A stretch of DNA of 33,043 bases from Archangiaceae bacterium (GTDB taxonomy: Bacteria > Myxococcota > Myxococcia > Myxococcales > Myxococcaceae): contig JAYVCD010000422.1 in assembly GCA_043750125.1 (NCBI GenBank), forward strand, positions 1 through 33,043. The letters are read 5' to 3'. The position numbers and the translations under genes are program-made. The notes beneath the pieces were generated by a model that saw nothing but the letters and a program-made list of their open reading frames with translations, was not told the DNA's origin and did no database searches. Positions 26,267-33,043 of this stretch are shown here, in pieces (the stretch's first letter is position 1; every line of letters starts with the position of its first letter).

Positions 26267-27388
26267 TTATTTTACGCGCGCGGCCGGGGCCTTCCGGGTG
26301 GCCGAGCGCTCGAGCGCATTCTCGGCGGCGATCAGCTTCGCCTTCAGCCTCGCCAGCTCGCTGCCCAGCCGATTCACTTCAGCGTCGGCCGCCTGCAGCG
26401 CCGCTCGACTTTCGTTGACCATCGCGTCGGCGGCGATTCGGCTGGCGCGTTCGCGGGTGAGCGCGACCTGGGTTTCCATCGCCTTCTTGTTCGCGGCCCC
26501 GAGCTCCTCGCGGTTCTTCCGCTGGCCGGCTGCGTCGGCGGCCACTTCGCGCACCTCGTTGCGGGCGGCCTCGGCCTCTTCGCGCGAGGAAGTGGCCGCC
26601 GTTTCCAGCCGGCGCATCTTCGCCTCGAGCCCGGCCACCGCGGCGATCGCTTCGAGGGTGCGCCGCTGTTCCTCGTCGAGCATTTCGCGGCCGGTCTCGC
26701 GTTCCCCCTCGAGCACCGCCTGGTGCTTCTCGGCCGAAAGGCGCGCCGCGGCCAGCGCCGCTTCCTGCACCGCCAGCTGACCCACCGTCGCGTCGAGCTT
26801 CGCCTTCAACCGGGCTCCCGCGGCGCGCAGCTCTTCGGTTTCGGCCCCCATCGCCGCGAACATCGTTCGGCCCCGGCCAATCGATTCGTCGCGGCGTTTG
26901 ACCAGCGTGCGCAGGTATTCGATTCGCTCGTCGGGAGAGCCCGAGCGGGGAGGCCGCGGCTCGGGGCCGGAAGCAAAAGGGTCGGGGCCGGTGAGGGGAG
27001 GTGGCTCTTCTTTGGGAGCGCGCCCGGGCGGCAGCGGAGGCGGAAGGTTGTTGCGCGCATCGACCGCGGCGATCAGCTTTTCCAGCGACTCGGCGACGGC
27101 GGTGCTGAACGGCTCGAACGCGATCCCGATGCCCTCAGGCAGCTCGTGCACCATCTTCCCGGTGACCACCACCGACCTGGCGCCCGTCTGGCGGACCTCG
27201 ATTTCGAGCAGCCCTCCGCGGGGAGGGGGGCGGGCCCCGGTGACCAGCAGCCCTCCGGTCGAGATGTTCACCACGGTGTACGCAAAGGTAAAGCCCCGCG
27301 AGCGCACTTCAGCGGTCACTTCACGCGCTGCGACCCGCCGGTGTTTGCGGTGGGCGCGTGTCGACTGTTTGTCTTCCTGGGAACTCAC
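26267..27388 (-). CDS. PilZ-domain protein with Pro-rich linker and long coiled coil
   Basis: GTG 27388. RKHRR and NISTGG c-di-GMP motifs, GIGIAF, PPPLPP linker, Ala/Glu/Arg heptads. Confidence 0.8.
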   Translation of the reverse strand: MSSQEDKQSTRAHRKHRRVAAREVTAEVRSRGFTFAYTVVNISTGGLLVTGARPPPRGGLLEIEVRQTGARSVVVTGKMVHELPEGIGIAFEPFSTAVAESLEKLIAAVDARNNLPPPLPPGRAPKEEPPPLTGPDPFASGPEPRPPRSGSPDERIEYLRTLVKRRDESIGRGRTMFAAMGAETEELRAAGARLKAKLDATVGQLAVQEAALAAARLSAEKHQAVLEGERETGREMLDEEQRRTLEAIAAVAGLEAKMRRLETAATSSREEAEAARNEVREVAADAAGQRKNREELGAANKKAMETQVALTRERASRIAADAMVNESRAALQAADAEVNRLGSELARLKAKLIAAENALERSATRKAPAARVK

Positions 27389-27473
27389 GCGTCGGCAAAG
27401 CGTAGCGAGGACGGCGCCGGGCGGGAACGTCTTGATTGCGCCCGACCACCGAATTGAACGATGCAGGCGGGCA

Positions 27474-28586
27474 GTGACTCTGGCGAAGGCAAAGCGGGTG
27501 GTGGTGAAAGTCGGGACCAATGCCTTGACCCAGGCGACGGGAAGGTTTCACCGCCCCCACATGGAACGGCTGGCCGCCGAGCTGGGGCTGATTGCCCAGA
27601 CCCGAGAGCTGATCATCGTCTCGTCCGGAGCGATTGCCTTCGGGGTCGAACGGCTGGGGCTGACTTCCCGCCCAGTGGACGTGGTCGGAAAGCAGGCCTG
27701 CGCCGCGGTGGGGCAAAGCCGGCTGATGCGGGCGTGGGAAGAGGCGCTCGAGCCGAAGATCGTGGCCCAGGTGCTGCTGACCCATTCCGACGTTCAAGAC
27801 CGGCGCCGCTACCTCAATGCCCGCCACGCGCTCACCCGGCTGCTCAAAGACGGAGTGATTCCGATCATCAACGAGAACGACACGGTCGCGGTCGACGAGA
27901 TCAAGTTCGGCGACAACGACACGCTGGCCGGACTGGTGGCGGGGCTGGTGGAAGCCGACGCGTTGATCATCCTCTCGGACGTTGAGGGGCTCTACGACGC
28001 GGACCCCCGCGGCAACCCGGGGGCCCAGCGCATCGCCTCAGTGGCGAGGGTGACCGCGGCGGTGCGCGCGTTGGCGGGCGACTCGGGCAGCGCGGTCGGG
28101 ACGGGAGGAATGGCCACCAAGGTCCAGGCGGCGGCCAACGTCAATGAGCTGGGAATTCGCTGTGTGATCGCCGCGGGGCACACCGCCGGCACCCTCACCC
28201 GGGTGCTGAACGATGAAGACGTGGGCACGGTGTTCGAGCCTTCGGCAGATCCCCGGCACGCCCGCACCGCGTGGATCGCGCATGCGCTCAAGCCGCTGGG
28301 CCGGGTGGTGGTCGACGCCGGAGCGCGCACCGCGGTGAGCCAGAACCACAAGTCGCTGCTGCCCTCGGGAGTGCGCGGGGTGGAAGGCAACTTCTCGGCG
28401 GGCGATGCGGTGGACCTGTGCGACGAATCGGGGGAGGTCTTCGCCCGCGGCCTGGCAGCCTACGGGGCCGAAGAGCTGAGGAAGTTGGCGGGGAAGAAGA
28501 GCTCACAGATCGAAGCGACGCTGGGGTGGAAGGGGCTCGACGAAGCGGTCCATCGCGATGACCTGGCCGTGCTCGGCGAGGCTTGA
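27474..28586 (+). CDS. proB: Glutamate 5-kinase with PUA domain
   Basis: VVVKVGT, IVSSGAI, AAVGQ, PIINEND, FGDNDTL, LSDVEGLY, GTGGMATK, SLLPSGV, VHRDDL. Start GTG 27474 probable. Confidence 0.95.
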   Translation: MTLAKAKRVVVKVGTNALTQATGRFHRPHMERLAAELGLIAQTRELIIVSSGAIAFGVERLGLTSRPVDVVGKQACAAVGQSRLMRAWEEALEPKIVAQVLLTHSDVQDRRRYLNARHALTRLLKDGVIPIINENDTVAVDEIKFGDNDTLAGLVAGLVEADALIILSDVEGLYDADPRGNPGAQRIASVARVTAAVRALAGDSGSAVGTGGMATKVQAAANVNELGIRCVIAAGHTAGTLTRVLNDEDVGTVFEPSADPRHARTAWIAHALKPLGRVVVDAGARTAVSQNHKSLLPSGVRGVEGNFSAGDAVDLCDESGEVFARGLAAYGAEELRKLAGKKSSQIEATLGWKGLDEAVHRDDLAVLGEA

Positions 28587-29084
28587 GCGGCCGGCAGTAA
28601 CCACCTGCGTCCACAGTGTTCGGGCGGCGGTCCGCACCGGAATTTCGAACGCCTCGAGCGTGGCGCGGTGGTCCCACAGCACGGTCAGCGCGGCGAGCAC
28701 GCCCAGCGGCCACCACAGCACCCGCAGCAAGAGGCCGACCGCGGTGCAGGCCTGCGAGGCGAAGAAGTCCCGGTGGAAACGCAGGTGGTCCTCTTCATCC
28801 CGGCCCCCCAGCGCCACGACCATCGTGCCCAGGATTCGCGCGTGGCGGCCTTCTTCGGCGATGAAGCGCTTGAGCGCCGCGCGGTAGTCGTCGTCGATGC
28901 CTGACAGCTTGGTGCGGTCGATTTCGTGCGCGATTCGCCCTTCGCCTGATTCGCCCAACTGAAACCGGGCCACAGACTGCAGCAGCGCGCGGTGTTGGGC
29001 GATTCCCAGGGGCGGCGCGGCGACCCCGGGCAGGGGGCGGTGCACATTGTCCTCGAAGTGGCTCTTCCAGCTCGACCAGTTCAT
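28503..29084 (-). pseudogene. Ferritin-like domain protein, probably internally deleted
   Basis: FQLGESGEG, FIAEEGRHA, then LGG joined directly to DEEDHLRFH, with no intervening third helix. The 3' end runs 84 bp into proB. Confidence 0.6.
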
Positions 29085-29277
29085 GCGATCTCCTTGATCG
29101 GCAGAAGAACGTCGAACCGGGCCCTGCCCTCGCCCGAACCGGGCGAACGGTCCGAGCAGCCAGGCGAGCGGTCAAATCGACGGCGTCAAGCCGGGTCGGC
29201 CCTTGTTTCGGTGGGCCTAAAAAGATTTTCATTTGGGGGTCCGAGTCGCAGCATTTTCCAAAGACCGGGGGCCGACA

Positions 29278-29640
29278 GTGTCTTCAACCACTCAAAGACA
29301 AACCACGCTGCAGCAAGCGGGTGGCGCGTTGCTGTCCTTCGCGCTGGATCCCAGAAACTGGGTGTCCCGAGGCGCCCACCGGGCCCTTCCCGCCCACCTC
29401 CGGGTCGTAAACGGGGTGCAGATCTGCGCCGCGGTCGATGTGAACGCCGCCCTCGTGGGCTTCGTCCGGGTGTCCTTTCGCGGCAACGAGCTTTCGCCGC
29501 TGAAGGCCGCGGATCTGCTCGAGCTCTTCGTCAAAGACCACTTCCCGTTCACCGCCAACAGCGAGTGGGGCGTGGAGATCGACGGCCGCCGGTGGATCCA
29601 CTTTTCGCGGCGCTACACCTGTCGGGGACTGCAGGGGTAG
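29278..29640 (+). CDS. Hypothetical protein
   Basis: High-GC3 ORF filling the intergenic gap, GTG 29278. No family recognised. Confidence 0.55.
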   Translation: MSSTTQRQTTLQQAGGALLSFALDPRNWVSRGAHRALPAHLRVVNGVQICAAVDVNAALVGFVRVSFRGNELSPLKAADLLELFVKDHFPFTANSEWGVEIDGRRWIHFSRRYTCRGLQG

Positions 29641-29644
29641 GCGG

Positions 29645-30031
29645 TTACTGAAAGCCCTGAAACCCGATTTTCAGCTCGTCGGCCAGCGCCTCGAGGTCCC
29701 GATCGAAAGCCCAGAGCAGCGCCGAATGGGTCAAAGCACATGCGAGCAGTTGTGCATCGACCCACCCGATACCCCTCTGGGCGAGCTTCCTATGGCGGAT
29801 GAACCCGAGCAGATCGAGATCGGTGACCCCGTCCGCCGATGGAATCAGTCGCAACAGGGCCTCTTCTTTTGGGGACAGGCCCCCCAGAACCAACTCCCCG
29901 AGGATCCACGGATGCATCAACAAGACGCCGTCTTCATCGAGCAGGGTGTTGAACCACCGAGCCTGGTCCAAAGTGAGCTTGCCGGAAAAGTGGCGTCTCC
30001 AAACCGAGGTGTCGACGAGGATTTGGGTCAC
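29645..30031 (-). CDS. vapC: VapC PIN-domain toxin
   Basis: ILVDTSVW, HPWILGEL, GIGWVDAQLLA, LWAFDRDL; acidic PIN residues intact. Confidence 0.9.
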   Translation of the reverse strand: MTQILVDTSVWRRHFSGKLTLDQARWFNTLLDEDGVLLMHPWILGELVLGGLSPKEEALLRLIPSADGVTDLDLLGFIRHRKLAQRGIGWVDAQLLACALTHSALLWAFDRDLEALADELKIGFQGFQ

Positions 30032-30216
30032 GAGGACCGACGCCGCACCTCTTGCAGCTGAGGAAGCTTCCCATAGAGGGCTTTGAGCTTCCGCCGCGCC
30101 TCACGTTCGAGCAGCACCTTAAGCGCCAGCTCGAGAACGTCCGTCTTCGACTTCAAGCCCGTTTGACGCAACGCCTCGCGCATCAAAGTTTCGTCAATAT
30201 TGACCGTGGTTCTCAC
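30028..30216 (-). CDS. vapB: VapB antitoxin
   Basis: MRTTVNIDETLMREAL..TGLKSKTDVLELALK; 4-bp overlap with vapC. Confidence 0.9.
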   Translation of the reverse strand: MRTTVNIDETLMREALRQTGLKSKTDVLELALKVLLEREARRKLKALYGKLPQLQEVRRRSS

Positions 30217-30244
30217 GCATCAATTAATGCGCATTTTCGATGCG
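30216..30244. promoter_or_regulatory. Putative VapBC operator (two overlapping inverted repeats)
   Basis: CGCAT-CAATTA-ATGCG (30216-30231) and CGCAT-TTTCG-ATGCG (30230-30244), abutting the vapB start. Confidence 0.6.
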
Positions 30245-30256
30245 GGGACAAGCCCT

Positions 30257-31861
30257 TCAGACCAGCTTGAAGTGCCGCAGCGGCTTGGCGACGTTCTTCA
30301 CCGGGGTCTCGGTCAGCGGCCCGTACTTCAACCCGCGCAGCTGCGCGTCGTCGAGCCCTTCGATCGCGACCTTGGCCGACTCCATCAGCAGCGTCTCGCG
30401 GAAGTTGCCCAGCGACTGCAGCCGGGCGGTCTGGTTCATTCCGGTCGAGAAGCCGGTGTACTGGCGGTTGGGGCCAAACAGGCCGCAGAAGGTGGGCGCG
30501 AGGTTGACGCCGATCGCGACTCCCAGCCCGGGGAGCTTGAGGATCTCGCTCAGCCGTGAAATTTCCGGGTGGGCGGACATGGTGCTGGCAGTGAAGGCCT
30601 GAATCTCGAGGGCGGCGCGCACGGCATCGCGGGTCCGCTCGGCGGCGGTGGACTTGAAGAACGGAGGGCCGAACAGCCCAATCACGCAGTCGCCGACCAT
30701 CTTGTCGAAGACCCCATTGTGACGGTGGATGATTCCGACCGCCTCTTCGCTCCAGTCGTCGACGAACTTGCCGATGCGCTCGGGGCGCTCGAGCACCGTC
30801 TCGCAAATGCGGGTGAAGCCGTTGATGTCCGCGAAGAGGATCCCGACTTCCTCGTCCCGGGGAGTCAGGTAGCGCCGCTCGTAGTCGGGATCCCGCAGCA
30901 GCTCGTCGATGCACTGGCCGGCGAAGAACTGGGAAAGGTGAATCCGCTCGCGGTTGTAGTCGAGCAACCGCTGCGACAGCGTCGAGGCGAGCAGGCGGAT
31001 CAGGTCCATCGTGTAGGCCGAGAACCCATCGGTGCCGCTCCAGATCATGATCTTCCCCAGAGCGCTCGCGTCGCCGACTCCGGAAATCAAGACGGCTTCG
31101 ACCGCGCGCTGGGTGCCCAGCACTTCGCGCAGCTTGCGGTCCTGGGCGTTGATCAGCTGCGGCCCGTGGGCTCGAATCGCGGCGTCGATCTTCGCCGACC
31201 GGGTGCCATTGGAGGCGTGCTCGAGCTGCCCGTACTTGTAGACCCGGTAATGCATCGCGCTCGACTCGACCGCATCGCGGTACATCAGCATGAAGCCCGG
31301 CAACTTCACTTTCTCGCACAGCGCCATCACCGCCTGGTCCATTCCGACCTCGAACACCCGGTTCGAGAGGAAGTGGTTGATGGTCACCAGCACCTGCTGC
31401 TTCTCGGACGCGGTCTGAATCGACGCCAGCACCGTGTCGAGCTCTTCGGCGATCGTCTCGACCAGCCGCTGCAGCGGGGCCGAGCGGTCGACCCCGGTGT
31501 GGTCTCCCGGGAAGTAGAGGCCAATCGCGCCAATCTTGGTGCCGGCGATGTCGAGCGCCTGCGACACCAGCGTCCCATGGGCGGTCTTGCGCGCGCCCCA
31601 GCGGTTCTCGTCCAGCAGGGTCCCGGGGAAGGTGCCCCCGAAGTCGCCGTGATGCCAGGTCTGCACCGAGAGCTCTTCATCGAGGCTGGTGACGGCCACC
31701 CCGGTCGCGCCGGTCAGGCGGATCAGCTCGGGAAACAGGCGCTTGAACGTCTGTTCCAGGTTTTCCCGGTTCTTCAGCGACTGCTCGAGAATGTCGTCAA
31801 CTGTGCGGCTGACGTTTCGCAGATGCTTCAGCTCTTCGTAGCTCAGGTCGCCGGATTCCAT
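30257..31861 (-). CDS. Class III adenylate/guanylate cyclase with N-terminal GAF-like domains
   Basis: ILFADINGFT, DKMVGDCV (Lys suggests ATP specificity), YTGFSTGMNQTARLQ; no TM segments. Confidence 0.9.
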   Translation of the reverse strand: MESGDLSYEELKHLRNVSRTVDDILEQSLKNRENLEQTFKRLFPELIRLTGATGVAVTSLDEELSVQTWHHGDFGGTFPGTLLDENRWGARKTAHGTLVSQALDIAGTKIGAIGLYFPGDHTGVDRSAPLQRLVETIAEELDTVLASIQTASEKQQVLVTINHFLSNRVFEVGMDQAVMALCEKVKLPGFMLMYRDAVESSAMHYRVYKYGQLEHASNGTRSAKIDAAIRAHGPQLINAQDRKLREVLGTQRAVEAVLISGVGDASALGKIMIWSGTDGFSAYTMDLIRLLASTLSQRLLDYNRERIHLSQFFAGQCIDELLRDPDYERRYLTPRDEEVGILFADINGFTRICETVLERPERIGKFVDDWSEEAVGIIHRHNGVFDKMVGDCVIGLFGPPFFKSTAAERTRDAVRAALEIQAFTASTMSAHPEISRLSEILKLPGLGVAIGVNLAPTFCGLFGPNRQYTGFSTGMNQTARLQSLGNFRETLLMESAKVAIEGLDDAQLRGLKYGPLTETPVKNVAKPLRHFKLV

Positions 31862-31930
31862 CGGTGCGATTTGTAGCAGAACGAACCCGAAAATAGAGCC
31901 GACGACGGATCAGGCTAGGATGAGCGCGCC

Positions 31931-32224
31931 ATGATGATCGCGACCCTCGCTGCTGCCCTGTTGATGACGTCTTCCGGTACCAAGCCCGAGCAATATTCCG
32001 AGCGCTGGCTCTGTGACTTGTGGGCCGGCGCCCAGTGTCACGCGAGCAGCTGCGCCAAGGACGCGAAGGATCGCTGCCTGGCGGCGAGCAAGCAGTGCAA
32101 CGAGACCAGCAGGAAGACCGCCGTGACCAAGGAACGCGCCGACAAGCAGGCCGCCTGCGCCCGCGCGCTGCTCAAGGCGGCGTGCGGCGCGCCGAAGCCC
32201 GCCGAGTGCGAAGGGTTGATGTAA
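31931..32224 (+). CDS. Small secreted Cys-rich protein
   Basis: Hydrophobic N-terminus; 8 Cys in about 75 mature residues. Confidence 0.7.
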   Translation: MMIATLAAALLMTSSGTKPEQYSERWLCDLWAGAQCHASSCAKDAKDRCLAASKQCNETSRKTAVTKERADKQAACARALLKAACGAPKPAECEGLM

Positions 32225-32233
32225 TCCCGCCAG

Positions 32234-33043
32234 TCAGATTCCCGGGCGCCGAATCTCGCTGCCGACGAACTTTCCGTCGCGCACGTCGATGAGCCAGTAA
32301 CCCTCGCGGCCGGCCTGGGTGCTGCTGCCCGCTCCGAAGATGTGGGGGCGCTGCGGCGAGGCGGGGTGGTGGTAGCGATGGTGAATGTGTCCGTGCAGCA
32401 CGGCGAAGCGCGACCCGTGCACGATCTCGAACAGCCGGCTCGCATCGACCAGCCCGTGCAGCGGCTTGTCGGGCTTTCCTTCTTTCGTCAGCGGCGCGTG
32501 GTGCACGACGATCAGCACCGCGCGATCCTTCAGCGCCGGATCCGAAATCACCGCCTGCAGCCCCTCGAGCTGGCGCTTGCCGATGATCCCGAACGAGAAG
32601 CCCGGCACCATGCCGACGCGCGCCGATAGCAGCCCGACCACCGCCGCGCCGTCGTCGAGCAGCCGCACGAACGGATACGGCCCCTCGCGGGTGTGCTCGG
32701 GAAGATCGCTCTGAAGCAGGTGACCGAAGCGGCGCTCGAACCGGTGATCCGCCAGCGCCCCTGGTGTGTAGGTGTCGTGGTTACCGGGAATCACCGTGCA
32801 CCGCCGCTTGTCAGCGGTGATGGGACCCAAAGCGGCGAGCGCGCCGTCAAACTCTTCCTCGAGGGCGTAGCCGGTCAGATCCCCCGAGACGATGAGGTGA
32901 TCCGCGCGGTGCCGGGAAAAATCTTCGACGATGGTGCGGATGGTCTTCGGCGAGTCAGCGAAATAGCGTCCCCTTCCACGCAGCTTGAGCTCAGCCAGGG
33001 CCGGCATCCGGCGCCACCCCAGCTCGCGAAGAGAGGGGCGTTG
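32234..33043 (-). CDS. Calcineurin-like metallophosphoesterase (CpdA/Icc-like), 5' end outside window
   Basis: SGDLT, IPGNHD, VHHAP and LHGHIH motifs. The frame stays open to the edge and the first DxH motif is missing, so the gene is partial. Confidence 0.88.
   Translation of the reverse strand, partial: QRPSLRELGWRRMPALAELKLRGRGRYFADSPKTIRTIVEDFSRHRADHLIVSGDLTGYALEEEFDGALAALGPITADKRRCTVIPGNHDTYTPGALADHRFERRFGHLLQSDLPEHTREGPYPFVRLLDDGAAVVGLLSARVGMVPGFSFGIIGKRQLEGLQAVISDPALKDRAVLIVVHHAPLTKEGKPDKPLHGLVDASRLFEIVHGSRFAVLHGHIHHRYHHPASPQRPHIFGAGSSTQAGREGYWLIDVRDGKFVGSEIRRPGI

Noticed and set aside
27404-27419. CGGCGC-N5-TCGCT sigma54-like element before the PilZ gene
   Set aside because: Weak, GC-rich match with no enhancer motif nearby; a -10-like TACGCT explains the region equally well.
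26898-27473. Long N-terminal extension of proB in the ORF track
   Set aside because: It is antisense to the PilZ gene; kinase homology begins at KRVVVKVG.
1-33043. CRISPR arrays, tRNA/rRNA genes, transposases, integrases
   Set aside because: No regularly spaced repeats, cloverleaf motifs or recombinase signatures were seen by eye.

Overview
High-GC bacterial DNA whose gene content (PEGA Ser/Thr kinases, long HflX, PilZ coiled-coil protein, sigma54 activator) points to Myxococcota (inference). Left end (1-4.9 kb, minus strand): an apparent extracellular electron-transfer cluster, comprising an OmcA/MtrC-type decaheme lipoprotein with 10 CxxCH motifs, a lipoprotein PpiC-type PPIase, a monoheme cytochrome c and a truncated outer-membrane beta-barrel missing from the ORF track. 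From 5 to 17.7 kb lies a low-oxygen/stress-like island: DksA/TraR, triple USP, PPDK, two CBS proteins, two hybrid histidine kinases (one with a FixL-like PAS), an NtrC-family sigma54 activator, an SQR-like flavoprotein and a class II cytochrome c. Six genes in this island have correctly spaced sigma54 -24/-12 elements. Three of its intergenic regions share a GTGCA-N5-TGCA(C/T) palindrome with a weaker copy exactly 28 bp away, suggesting a self-contained regulon. The right half holds a TMEM97/EXPERA-like membrane protein, a collapsed ECF-sigma operon, a GNAT, two divergent Ser/Thr kinases, a dead Phd-ParE TA pair, hflX, a PilZ protein, proB, an intact vapBC, a class III nucleotide cyclase and a metallophosphoesterase. 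Several loci show internal deletions. No rRNA, tRNA, CRISPR array or transposase was recognised. All family assignments come from motif recognition by eye, not database searches.
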